64,000 bases of DNA from Bacteroidia bacterium (lineage in GTDB: Bacteria > Bacteroidota > Bacteroidia > SpSt-205). The notes below the pieces were generated by a model, which saw only the letters and a program-made list of their open reading frames with translations, was not told the DNA's origin and ran no database searches. The stretch covers positions 45,052 to 109,051 of the forward strand of contig JANWZJ010000001.1 of the NCBI GenBank assembly GCA_025054525.1. Direction: 5' to 3'. Of the stretch, positions 47,201 to 56,142 are shown piece after piece (positions within the stretch are counted from its first letter, which is position 1; every line of letters begins with the position of its first letter). Made by a program: the position numbers and the translations under genes.

Positions 47201-49124
47201 AGGGGAACCTGCCCCAGTTATCATAGTCTATGGGCTCATACAGACTTACATCAAACATTTCTGCCCCGCTATGTCCAAAGGTCTGCAAGATGACAACCCC
47301 ACTATCTACTCGTTCCTTGATAGAGGGGCTACCTGGCGGTGCTTGCATTCCACCTGTGCGCTTCTGGTAATAAACTACTCTGCCTTCATAGGGACTACCC
47401 TCAAATACTTGCTGGCAGGCGATAAGGTGCGAACCAATAGCCGACTGTTCAAAAATATCCCGTCCACCTCCCAGATGAAGCGCCCACTTGTGCCAAGGCT
47501 CTGAGGGACGCGACTCGTAAATGCGGAGCTTCTCTATGTAAGTATAGCCTTGCTCATCGGTATGAAGCGGAATCCGACCAATAGAGAGCGTAGGAATGAT
47601 ATCCCCTTCTCCATAAAAGTCCGTTACATAGCCCCAATCGGTAGCTGGATAGCCGAAAAAGGGCACTTTGTGGATAGCAGGAAAAGCGGCATTATAGGGA
47701 AAGCGGAAGTATCCTACGCCATCTCCCCATAAAATCACATAGCGGGGGCGCACTGCCCACCGATCCAAACCCCACCGAATCAAACTCCGAATAGCTAAGG
47801 GATGATTCTCCCGGCCCCAGCCAAACTCATCGTAAATAGCATCGGTGAAAGCAATAAAGACGCTTCTACGATTAGTAGGATGATTCTCTCGGTACTGCTT
47901 GTAGGCTTGGGCAGAAGCAGCCAAACTTCTATGCGTAATCAGAATAATTTCTCCACCTTGGGCGGTACTGTAGTTTTCTATTACGGCATTTTTTACTCGG
48001 GGGGTGAGCACACTGACGCCCCGTACGATATAGAGAGGGAAGCTATCAGCGACAGCAGGCAAAGGAATATACCATTCACTTCCTCTAAGGTAAGCCCGCC
48101 AAAAAAGCCGATGTTTGGGATCATACACGAGTAAAGAGTCGCCTGTACTGAGCGGCACATTCCTAAGCACTAGAGATATGGGATATCGCCCTTCACTCAC
48201 CACGCCAGCCATCAAGAAAGTATCCCCAGTGGTGAGTTCTGCATTTCTGGGGTAGGTAATGGCAATATAATGTACCCTCTCGCCGCGATATCCCATGCCT
48301 GTGGCTTGGCAGCGAATCTCTAAAGGTGAAACGGAGACACTGGTAGGCACAGAGAAAACTCTTCGGAAGTAGTAAGGTGCATTCACTTGCTCAGTGGTCA
48401 GGGTGAGCGCACCTACTTTCCATTCCAGTGAAATGAAGCCCCCAGGTGTAATACCTGCATGAGAGATTTCTATAAAGAAGGAAGTGGCGGCGTCTGAGCG
48501 AAACCCTGACAGGCTTACAGAACGATGAATGGGATTCATGCCTGCAGATCGTCCTTCACCCGCTACATAGAGTGGAGAGTTGTCCTGCTCATAAGAGGCA
48601 GGTCCCCACCAATACCCAGCCGTATGATAACTTTCTAAAAGTCTCCACCAGAACCAGTTCTGCTGGGGGTGGCTCGTGTAGTTGGGGTCTTGATACAGAG
48701 TATAGCGTAAGCCAGGATTACCCCCCCATGTCAGAAAATACGCTGAGGTATCATTGTGATTGAGGGACATTTGGGGGTTTCCGTGCATGCCGGAAAGTCG
48801 GCGCATGAGCAGAGAATGCCGAAAGATTACCGAGTCAGGCTCTCCATCGTTGCGATGTCCGACAAACTCTATGAAGTCCGTCCCACTAAATACCCCATCT
48901 CCTCCATCTTCTACCCGAAGCGGTACCTCTTGCCCTCGCCAAAAAAGACGAAGACTGGCCGAGGGGACCCCTCCGAGTCCCATCTGCTGAGCAGTAGCTC
49001 GGTAAATACCCGTGCGCCCCACTTGGAGCTTGATATAGGTAGCACCGGGTTGAATCCAGTCGTTGTAATAAGGGAAAGGACGCTGCGCCCACACAAACAC
49101 CAATAGCCCCAACGTCCAACGCAT
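44202..49124 (-). CDS. very large (1640 aa) secreted gingipain-like peptidase C25-family protein with a C-terminal T9SS sorting domain
   Basis: Signal peptide MRWTLGLLVFVWAQ; middle region with TFGHSGAEMF and FIIVNGCYQGNF resembling the C25 catalytic His/Cys contexts; C-terminus AWDGTDEHGERLGNGVYLYRTVIK...GKMVLMR resembles Por_Secre_tail (TIGR04183). Confidence 0.55.
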   Translation of the reverse strand: MRWTLGLLVFVWAQRPFPYYNDWIQPGATYIKLQVGRTGIYRATAQQMGLGGVPSASLRLFWRGQEVPLRVEDGGDGVFSGTDFIEFVGHRNDGEPDSVIFRHSLLMRRLSGMHGNPQMSLNHNDTSAYFLTWGGNPGLRYTLYQDPNYTSHPQQNWFWWRLLESYHTAGYWWGPASYEQDNSPLYVAGEGRSAGMNPIHRSVSLSGFRSDAATSFFIEISHAGITPGGFISLEWKVGALTLTTEQVNAPYYFRRVFSVPTSVSVSPLEIRCQATGMGYRGERVHYIAITYPRNAELTTGDTFLMAGVVSEGRYPISLVLRNVPLSTGDSLLVYDPKHRLFWRAYLRGSEWYIPLPAVADSFPLYIVRGVSVLTPRVKNAVIENYSTAQGGEIILITHRSLAASAQAYKQYRENHPTNRRSVFIAFTDAIYDEFGWGRENHPLAIRSLIRWGLDRWAVRPRYVILWGDGVGYFRFPYNAAFPAIHKVPFFGYPATDWGYVTDFYGEGDIIPTLSIGRIPLHTDEQGYTYIEKLRIYESRPSEPWHKWALHLGGGRDIFEQSAIGSHLIACQQVFEGSPYEGRVVYYQKRTGGMQAPPGSPSIKERVDSGVVILQTFGHSGAEMFDVSLYEPIDYDNWGRFPFIIVNGCYQGNFDEINALAHLHGERFLLTPGRGCLWYLSLSGAGFIFPLGNQTKILYEVLFRDSVGLPVGDALVETFRRLFQNGANAFDYYHIGAQTLLGDPSVALAGPRRPDLAITSADVAVSPSEPSAEAGNFRLRVRYHNLGLSIRDSFWLQITHRITATGQRFTYRYRRPPFLCSDSVEVTLPTPAGEWGGINELEIFVDSENEIAPEIREDNNLLRWELFVRSALPLPLYPWPFAVIARDSIALIAATYNQSIVAPQGYYFEIDTSYKFDSPFLQRSGRIQGTTTFGQWALPFRLRDSVVYYWRVRLEGSGSQEWASQSFQYIAGDREGWGQSARPQFLANENRGLSYEEASFRWRFVQQRVRIEARETPTPAGNRRFLQRNGEQISDRLSHTIPAGWWSGAREPGIFIATFHPNTYEPLEYHPMFGNWQYFCPGSCYSGVVMQPEQMVDSLKAVLSRAPVGSPVLLLITAKHDSSSWTHRMAEVLDGIGATRTALRLSSQQKGIIIGQKGAPPGTALETFCPDSSNCELYRDFEVGVPIGRCLSPRIPRPVAWEDAFFAWARQGTQDTITISIYGLRSTGERDTLRRRMPSSEVFNLRPYNTPAYTELQLEGLFADGSTPPATPQLRYWYVLFQPFPDLAVDPDLRWRFLRDTVEEGEMLSLELGVRNLLSATTPDSVEVLYLVQKASGAWDTLGWQWYRPLRGLDTMVMRYTFSSIGLGGSNRLRIIVNPRPRFGERTFVNNRWETTFFVKVDRINPIVDVLFDGGRIQNGDIVSPNPYVVIEVKDENRHLMLDDTNAVVVRVRQAQERGLGTRLSYSQELRFFPARPPDNRARVEWQASFPQSGEYILSVEAMDKSRNRSGSQPYELRFRVVKESSLSYVINYPNPFSTSTRFYYELTGAVLPEVFQIHIYTLSGRLVKVIDLKQLGEVRIGRHLTRYAWDGTDEHGERLGNGVYLYRTVIKMPGAISLQQQAPELSSYFEGGWGKMVLMR

Positions 49125-49136
49125 ACCCCAAAGATA

Positions 49137-50102
49137 CTAAACGAAAGCAGGCATTTCTTTGGCTCCCAAGAGGCTAAATAACTCACGATCTTGAGAAGGA
49201 GATGAGTTCGGCGTAGTGAGTAGTTTTTCTCCTAAAAATATAGAGTTTGCTCCTGCAACGAAACAGAGAGCCTGCTCCGTGAAGGAGAGGCGCTCTCGTC
49301 CTGCAGCCAGCCGAATTTTGGCGCGAGGCATGAGGATACGCGCAGTAGCAATCGCCCTAACCATGTCCCAGATAGATACAGGTTCTCGTTCTTCTAAGGG
49401 CGTCCCCGGAATGGGAACTAAGGCATTAATAGGCACAGACTCGGGATGCGGGTTCAGAGTAGCCAAGGTATGAAGCAAGTCTATCCGATCCTCTTCACTT
49501 TCTCCCAGACCTAAAATCCCCCCTGTGCATAGACTCAAGCCTGCTTCTCGGGCGGCTTGTAGGGTATGCAGGCGGTCTTGATAGGTCCGGGTAGTGATGA
49601 TATGAGAGTAATAGCTTTCCGAAGTGTCTAAGTTATGATTATAGGCGGTGAGGCCAGCCGCTCGCAGAGCATGGGCTTGCTCGGGCGTGAGCATCCCTAA
49701 GGTAGCACATACTTCCAAACCTAAGGCTCGCACGGCTCGTATCATGTCCAAGACCTTTTGAAAATCTCGGTTGCTTCTCACTTCTCGCCAAGCGGCTCCC
49801 ATACAGAATCGCGTGGCGCCAGCTTCTTTTGCTTTTTGAGCAGCCGATACCACCTCTTCTACTTCCATGAGACGATGCACCTGAATGCCCGTATGATAGC
49901 GCACCGACTGCGCACAGTATGCGCAGTCCTCAGGACATCCCCCTGTCTTGATAGAAAGCAGCGTACATGTTTGAATCTCCCCGGGCTTATGATACAGACG
50001 ATGGATGGCGGCTGCTTCCATTATGAGCTCCAAAAGCGGTGTGCGATATAACTGAGCTACCTCTTCTCGGCTCCAGTCGCTGCGAATGGCGAGTTTCTCC
50101 AC
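49137..50102 (-). CDS. bioB: biotin synthase
   Basis: Radical-SAM CPEDCAYCAQS; YNHNLDTS, GLGES motifs. Confidence 0.9.
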   Translation of the reverse strand: MEKLAIRSDWSREEVAQLYRTPLLELIMEAAAIHRLYHKPGEIQTCTLLSIKTGGCPEDCAYCAQSVRYHTGIQVHRLMEVEEVVSAAQKAKEAGATRFCMGAAWREVRSNRDFQKVLDMIRAVRALGLEVCATLGMLTPEQAHALRAAGLTAYNHNLDTSESYYSHIITTRTYQDRLHTLQAAREAGLSLCTGGILGLGESEEDRIDLLHTLATLNPHPESVPINALVPIPGTPLEEREPVSIWDMVRAIATARILMPRAKIRLAAGRERLSFTEQALCFVAGANSIFLGEKLLTTPNSSPSQDRELFSLLGAKEMPAFV

Positions 50103-50129
50103 AGGGCAAAACTAATCAATTTTGGCGCA

Positions 50130-51206
50130 GTGCTGCGCTTCCTGTGGCGATTTCTCCTGCGTGGGCTAAGCTTACTTATAGCCCTGCTGTATGGGCTCAT
50201 CATTCGCCTGCGCAACTGGCTATATGATAAACGCTGGCTCCGTATTCAGAAAGTCCCATGCCTTGTTATCAGCATAGGTAATCTTACCTTGGGTGGCAGC
50301 GGCAAGACCCCCTTCGCTTTATTTCTGCTAAGCTGGCTACAACAAAGAGGTATCCGAGCAGCCTATCTCAGTCGGGGCTACAGAAGACGCAGCCGTGGTT
50401 ATCAAGAAGTACATCTCAGTGCCCCAGATGCTGCTTTACGATATGGCGATGAAGCCTTCATGGTCAAATCTCGCCTGCCCCATATCCCAGTAGCGGTATG
50501 CCGCGAGCGAGTTCTGGGCGCCCAAACCCTCCTCCAGAATCATCCCGAGCTCCAAGCGATTGTTTTAGACGATGCCTTCCAGCATCGCAGTATCCACAGA
50601 GACGTAGATATTCTCATTTCAGATGTTCAGAACGCCTTGTGGAAAGACTGGCTCTTTCCTTTCGGTAGGTTGCGTGAGCCGCTATCCAGCTATAAACGAG
50701 CCCACTTGCTCATCTGGAATCTCAAAAACCTCCCCAAGCCCCCACCTCTACGAAAGTTAAGAATACCCACTCTCCTTTTTCGGTATATTCCCTCTAGGCT
50801 CATCCCCGCCTTTGATGAACTGCCCCCGCTTTCTCTAGAGGATATACAGTATCAGTATGCTCATGCCTTCTGTGGAATCGCCTATCCTGAGAGTTTCCTG
50901 GCAGTATTGAGGAATTTATCGGTTTTGATTGGTCAAAGCTGGACCTTTCCCGACCATCATTTGTATTCCCCCCGAGAACTGGCTCGGATACACCGTCGGT
51001 TTCGTTCCCAACAGAAGCGCATGGAAGGAGAAAAGCTGTTGCTTCTTACCACAGAAAAAGACTTAGCCCGGTTGAGAGGCAGCCCTCACCTCTCTGTGCT
51101 TCAAGGCATGCCACTTTATGCCCTAGCCATAGATATGGTACCACTGAAGCCCGAGGAAACCGATGCCCGACTACGCCAACTTCTTTCCTTTGCATTTGAA
51201 GTATGA
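50130..51206 (+). CDS. lpxK: tetraacyldisaccharide 4'-kinase
   Basis: N-terminal TM helix, then P-loop VISIGNLTLGGSGKTP (compare E. coli VVVGNLTAGGNGKTP). Track start 50130 is GTG. Confidence 0.85.
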   Translation: MLRFLWRFLLRGLSLLIALLYGLIIRLRNWLYDKRWLRIQKVPCLVISIGNLTLGGSGKTPFALFLLSWLQQRGIRAAYLSRGYRRRSRGYQEVHLSAPDAALRYGDEAFMVKSRLPHIPVAVCRERVLGAQTLLQNHPELQAIVLDDAFQHRSIHRDVDILISDVQNALWKDWLFPFGRLREPLSSYKRAHLLIWNLKNLPKPPPLRKLRIPTLLFRYIPSRLIPAFDELPPLSLEDIQYQYAHAFCGIAYPESFLAVLRNLSVLIGQSWTFPDHHLYSPRELARIHRRFRSQQKRMEGEKLLLLTTEKDLARLRGSPHLSVLQGMPLYALAIDMVPLKPEETDARLRQLLSFAFEV

Positions 51207-52030
51207 CCACACCTGAGGCTTACAGCCACTTCCGAGAGACCCTAAACTACATTCGGCGCTATTTTACAGGAGAAGTAGAAGTGGGGATTGTATTAGGCAC
51301 GGGATTAGGACGGCTCGCCGAAGCCATAGAAAAAGAACACCAGCTTGCCTATAATTTTATCCCGCATTTCCCTATCAGCACCGTAGAAAGTCATTTTGGA
51401 CGCTTGATTTTTGGCAAGCTGGGCGGCAAAAGAGTCGTCGCTATGCAAGGGCGCTTCCACTACTACGAAGGCTACAACATGTACCAGATTACGTATCCGA
51501 TTCGCATTATGAAGCTCTTAGGCGCTCATACCCTTCTGCTCTCTAATGCAGCCGGCGCACTCAATCTCTCGTTCAAACTGGGCGATCTCATGATTCTCCG
51601 AGACCACATCAACCTCCTCCCCGAAAATCCCCTGCGCGGTATCAACTTAGACCAACTCGGACCGCGTTTCCCCGATATGAGCAGCCCTTATCATCCTGAA
51701 CTTATCCAGAAAGCTTTAGAGATCGCCCAGAGACTCAACATACCTCTCCATCAGGGCGTCTATGTAGCCGTTCAAGGCCCCAACTTAGAGACCCCCGCCG
51801 AATATCGGTTTCTCCGAATTATCGGGGGGGATGTCGTAGGCATGTCTACTGTACCCGAGTGCATCGTAGCCAATCATATGGGAATGCGGGTATTTGCCAT
51901 GTCTATCATCACAGACATCGGAGACCCCGATAATCTCAAGCCTGTTTCTTTAGAGGAGATTATCCAAGTAGCGAATCAGGCAGAACCCAAACTTACCCAG
52001 ATATTTACCGAACTCGTGCGCCAACTCTGA
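51203..52030 (+). CDS. purine nucleoside phosphorylase (PNP/MTAP family, PunA-like)
   Basis: IVLGTGLG...GRFHYYEGY...VGMSTVPE motifs; ATGA overlap with lpxK. Confidence 0.75.
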   Translation: MTTPEAYSHFRETLNYIRRYFTGEVEVGIVLGTGLGRLAEAIEKEHQLAYNFIPHFPISTVESHFGRLIFGKLGGKRVVAMQGRFHYYEGYNMYQITYPIRIMKLLGAHTLLLSNAAGALNLSFKLGDLMILRDHINLLPENPLRGINLDQLGPRFPDMSSPYHPELIQKALEIAQRLNIPLHQGVYVAVQGPNLETPAEYRFLRIIGGDVVGMSTVPECIVANHMGMRVFAMSIITDIGDPDNLKPVSLEEIIQVANQAEPKLTQIFTELVRQL

Positions 52031-52173
52031 CCTGGCTAAGCAGTAGAGCGGCATTTCTTCTTATCCTCACGACAGCGAAGGGACAACCCACCCTTTTTCT
52101 CCCCACCCCCACAGATACTGGGGCAAGTACATCCCCTTCTTATTTACCGGCTTATGTCGCATGGTATGACCCC

Positions 52174-53754
52174 TTGGATACTGCTTTCTTTACGCTGCGG
52201 CTTGGCTACTATAAGCCTTATCTTCCTTATCTCTGGGGTCTCTTAGAAGAGAGAGAGCCTCTACGACTTTTTCCTACTTCGCAAAGAGCATATCAAGTGC
52301 GCACCATACCCTACATCCGAACCCGAGCCCCTTATACACGGGTACGATTTGACCAGGTATCCCGGCGAACCCAACTGCTGTATGCTCAACATGGACAAAA
52401 CTTCGGCAATAAAGGGGGCTTGAGCTTCATCTATCAGCGACGCACCCGCTTAGGCGAATACCTACGACAAGCTACAGACCATTATGGGCTGGCCCTTCGC
52501 ACCTTTGCATCGTATAAGGGCGTATCTCTCTCTGCATGGGGTGGATGGAACCAGTTAGATGACCAAATTAATGGCGGCATCGTATATCGCACCTCGCCTT
52601 GGGAGGCTTTTGGGAAAGAACGGCAAGCTATACGCCTACCTCAAGGGCGCACTCGTACTTGGTATCGTTTCGCAGCAGCTGAACTCAGTATATCTCTTCC
52701 ACTCTCCATAGGCCTTCTCGGTAAAGCTGCCATAGATGAAGAGCGCTACCATATAGAGACAGGAAAAGCCAATGTAGGGGAATCGCCTTTTTCCCCCGAT
52801 ACCATACCCCTCTCCTGGCAGGTACGCCAAACCCGAACGACCTTAGAAGCACAAATTCTCTGGAGAAAAGCCCATCTCTATGTAAGTTCTCAGGAATATT
52901 CGGGCGTAGGCGAAGCTTTCTTTCAAAGGAAATGGTTTCTTCCGCTTCTCATGATAGGGGGTTCTTGGTGCGGGGAAAGGGTAAAGATAGAAGGGGCTTA
53001 TGGCAGATGGACAAGGAAGGACTTATCTCCTATCTACTGGGGAGAAGTGCGGGGATACCCATGGCACTTAGAAATCGGAGTAGCCCACCAGCAGCAGGTC
53101 GCCCCGTGGCTGGGCTATCAAAACCTTTGGGAACAAAAACCCATTCCCATAAGACTCACGCAGGGGTGGATAGGCTATCGCTGGAGAGCCGATAGCACGT
53201 GTCTGCCTTTTCAGCTACGGCTCAGAGGCATGCGGATAGAGAATCTATGGCTGCCGACTGCCCCGGCCCCCCTCTTCGCAAACATATGGATGCTTTCTCC
53301 CGAAGTAGAAGGAGAGGTTGCATACCGATGGGCTGGCATAGCAATGAAGCTGGCTTTCCAACAGAATCTTCGGCGCAGTAGCCTGCCCATAGCTTGGAGG
53401 GGGGTTTATCCTATTTGGAGCGGGTGGATACAACCTTATGTGCGCTGGCGCTTGCCAGGCAGAGTGCCATTGTACCAACTGGGCGTGCGACTTGCAGGCT
53501 TTACACCTTTTACACTCCTCTCATATGAGCCCAAAATGATGTTATTCTATCCCACCCCAGGTCGGTCATTCAATCAGCCTTTTCACTGGCGAGCTGAACC
53601 CTACTTCGTGGTACTGGTGCGCCGCGTAATGGTATATCTGCGTGTAGAACACCTGACCGAGCGGATAATAGCACCGGGCTATTACCTCAGTGCGTGGTAT
53701 CCTATGCCAGGGAGGGCCTTTGCTTTCGGGGTACAGTGGGACATTTACAACTAA
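52174..53754 (+). CDS. tryptophan/arginine-rich hypothetical protein (possible outer-membrane beta-barrel; 5' end uncertain)
   Basis: 526 aa with about 26 Trp (~5%); amphipathic alternating patterns; ends ...FAFGVQWDIYN. Track start is TTG with no in-frame ATG/GTG upstream; no signal peptide in this frame. Confidence 0.3.
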   Translation: MDTAFFTLRLGYYKPYLPYLWGLLEEREPLRLFPTSQRAYQVRTIPYIRTRAPYTRVRFDQVSRRTQLLYAQHGQNFGNKGGLSFIYQRRTRLGEYLRQATDHYGLALRTFASYKGVSLSAWGGWNQLDDQINGGIVYRTSPWEAFGKERQAIRLPQGRTRTWYRFAAAELSISLPLSIGLLGKAAIDEERYHIETGKANVGESPFSPDTIPLSWQVRQTRTTLEAQILWRKAHLYVSSQEYSGVGEAFFQRKWFLPLLMIGGSWCGERVKIEGAYGRWTRKDLSPIYWGEVRGYPWHLEIGVAHQQQVAPWLGYQNLWEQKPIPIRLTQGWIGYRWRADSTCLPFQLRLRGMRIENLWLPTAPAPLFANIWMLSPEVEGEVAYRWAGIAMKLAFQQNLRRSSLPIAWRGVYPIWSGWIQPYVRWRLPGRVPLYQLGVRLAGFTPFTLLSYEPKMMLFYPTPGRSFNQPFHWRAEPYFVVLVRRVMVYLRVEHLTERIIAPGYYLSAWYPMPGRAFAFGVQWDIYN

Positions 53755-56081
53755 AACTGGAAGTTATAGGTGAGCGAAGGGAGCCAGCGGAAAAGGTAGA
53801 GATTGTAGGCGCGTTGGATGTCAGGATTGTTAGGGTCTCGACGCAGGCGAAGAGCCCACATGTTGCGCCTGCCGTAGATATTATAGAGCGAGAAGTTCCA
53901 ACTGGAGCGCCAGCGTCTGCCCTCCCGGGGCAAAGACTTCCAAGTAATAGAAATATCCGCTCGGTGATAATCAGGCATACGGCGATTATTCCGTTCGTTA
54001 TACACCCCAATGACCTGTCCATCGTAGATATATTTCGCTGCGGGAAGGGTAATGGGCCTTCCCGTGGCATAAATCGCCGTGAAACCGAAGTCCCATCGGT
54101 TATTAGGTGAGTATTGTAGGACGAGGGTAGCTTGATGCGGACGGTCTATGTAGTTCGGAAAAGGACGCGGGGTAATCTCAGGAATGTAGCGGAAGCTGCG
54201 GCTGTAGGTATAGGATATCCAGCCCGTGAGACTACCGGTGAGTTTTTGAATCATCCATTCGCTGCCATAAGCCCAACCTCTCCCCTGAACTAAGTCTCTT
54301 TCTAAGAGGGGATTGAGGAAGGTTTCGGCGCCAGAGCGCAGGTCTAAGATGTTATCCATGTAGCGGTAGAAAGCTTCCCAGGAGATGTCCCAGTTATGCC
54401 CTTTCCAGCGGGGAGTGCCTTGGAGGGCGAGGGCGGTCTGATAGCCGTCTTGTCGGCGCACGTTAAGCGTAGTGGGCCACCAGATGTCTGTGGGCAAGCC
54501 CACAGGCGAGAGGGTTGCTACATGCAGAAACTGCTGGACTCGACTGGCAGCGGCCTTGAGTGCCCAACGCTCCGAAAGCGCATAGCGCACACTAAATCTG
54601 GGCTCTAACCCTCCCCACGCATCCACGAGACGATTAGCTTGGAAACGAGCCGTATCTCTTACTTTCAGTTCTGACGTGTAGCTATATAGCGTAGCGGGTC
54701 CTAACAGCCCGAAGCCCGCCCAACGCAGTCCTCCTTCCAAGAGCCAGCGGCGATTGAGTTTATAGTTAGCTTGCGCATAAGCAGAGACCTCTACCCCTCG
54801 CAGAGAAGGTACAGAGAACTTGATAAAGCTGGAGGTATCGCTGGTAGGTATGAACTTCCCAGGCAAGAATACATGGTGCGTAGCTCCTGCACCGAATTTG
54901 AGTTTGAGGCGATCGGTAGCATAAAAGTCCGCATCCGTACGCCAGCCAATATCCTCAATTCCAGAGGAGTATTTAGCCTGTATTCTACCCTGCTCTAAGA
55001 GAAAGGCATAATCATACTTGCTATAAAAGGCAATTGTATTGAAGAAAAGACGGAGACTGGGTATAAAGTTCCATCGAAAGGTCGTAGTTGCGTTGCCCCA
55101 GTTGAGTCCAAAGACCGAAGTCTCAAACACATCGCGTCCAAAATAGCCCGAGAGATAAAATCGGTGCTTATCACCTGCTTTGTAGTTGAGTTTAGCCGTG
55201 AGGTCATAGAAGAAGAGCTTAGTTTTGCGCAGCTCGGGGTCTCTGGCAAAAAGCAGGAAGAGGTCAGCATAGGTGCGGCGAGCAGTGATAAGCATGCCGG
55301 CGCGGTCTTTGAGGAGTGGGCCTTCTATATTTAGGCGGGAGGAGATGAGTCCGACTCCCCCGGCGGCTCGCCATTGGGGGCTCGTGCCCTCTCGCAGTCG
55401 TACATCCAGAACGGAAGAAAGTCGCCCTCCGTATTCAGGCGGCATATAGCCCTTGTAGAGTTGAGCTTCTTGAATAGCATCGGAGTTGAATGCAGAAAAA
55501 ATACCACCAATATGCCCAGGGTTATATACTACCGCTTCATCTAAGAGAATAAGATTTTGGTCAAAAGAGCCTCCCCGTACGAAGAAGCTGGAACTCCCAT
55601 CCCCTGCCGTTGCCACGCCTGGCAGGAATGATAAAGACCGAAGCACATCTACCTCGCCAAAGAAGGCAGGGAGCTTTTTGAGCTGCTGGATGTCTAATCT
55701 ATTTTGGCTGAGTGCTGCCCCCTCAAATCGCCTCTGCTCATAGGTCTCTACTATCTCCACACCGCGCAGTTCCACCCCTTCTTCCCTTAGCTCAAAATCC
55801 TTGCGTATATCTTTATCCAGCTTGAGCCGGAGAGTATCGCTGCGATATCCCACAAACTGAACGATAATAGTATAGGACCCTTCATTCAGGCGAAGAGCAT
55901 AATATCCGTAGGCGTTCGTGAAAGTGCCTGTGCCCCGCTCCACTACAAGCAAGCGCGCCCCACTCAGTGCTTCTTTATTAGTTGCATCACGAACATAGCC
56001 GCTTATGGTGTGGCTGCGCTGCGCCCATAAAGTTCCGAGCAGTAAAACTGCTCCCCACAGCCTCATGCTTTCAAAAAACAA
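53751..56081 (-). CDS. TonB-dependent receptor with N-terminal carboxypeptidase-regulatory-like domain
   Basis: Signal peptide; SGYVRDATNKEALSGARLLV (CarbopepD_reg-like); plug domain; C-terminal ...LTYNFQF. Confidence 0.8.
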   Translation of the reverse strand: MFFESMRLWGAVLLLGTLWAQRSHTISGYVRDATNKEALSGARLLVVERGTGTFTNAYGYYALRLNEGSYTIIVQFVGYRSDTLRLKLDKDIRKDFELREEGVELRGVEIVETYEQRRFEGAALSQNRLDIQQLKKLPAFFGEVDVLRSLSFLPGVATAGDGSSSFFVRGGSFDQNLILLDEAVVYNPGHIGGIFSAFNSDAIQEAQLYKGYMPPEYGGRLSSVLDVRLREGTSPQWRAAGGVGLISSRLNIEGPLLKDRAGMLITARRTYADLFLLFARDPELRKTKLFFYDLTAKLNYKAGDKHRFYLSGYFGRDVFETSVFGLNWGNATTTFRWNFIPSLRLFFNTIAFYSKYDYAFLLEQGRIQAKYSSGIEDIGWRTDADFYATDRLKLKFGAGATHHVFLPGKFIPTSDTSSFIKFSVPSLRGVEVSAYAQANYKLNRRWLLEGGLRWAGFGLLGPATLYSYTSELKVRDTARFQANRLVDAWGGLEPRFSVRYALSERWALKAAASRVQQFLHVATLSPVGLPTDIWWPTTLNVRRQDGYQTALALQGTPRWKGHNWDISWEAFYRYMDNILDLRSGAETFLNPLLERDLVQGRGWAYGSEWMIQKLTGSLTGWISYTYSRSFRYIPEITPRPFPNYIDRPHQATLVLQYSPNNRWDFGFTAIYATGRPITLPAAKYIYDGQVIGVYNERNNRRMPDYHRADISITWKSLPREGRRWRSSWNFSLYNIYGRRNMWALRLRRDPNNPDIQRAYNLYLFRWLPSLTYNFQF

Positions 56082-56142
56082 AATCTCTATACAGCAGAGG
56101 TTTCCTGAGTTTCCGCCCCATTGTGTATCTTAGAGGGGAGTT

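Noticed and set aside
50102-50130. Promoter motifs in the 28-bp bioB/lpxK divergent spacer
   Set aside because: A near-match to TAnnTTTG (CAATTTTG) exists but has a mismatch at the key T. The spacer is too short to assign two promoters confidently without TSS data.
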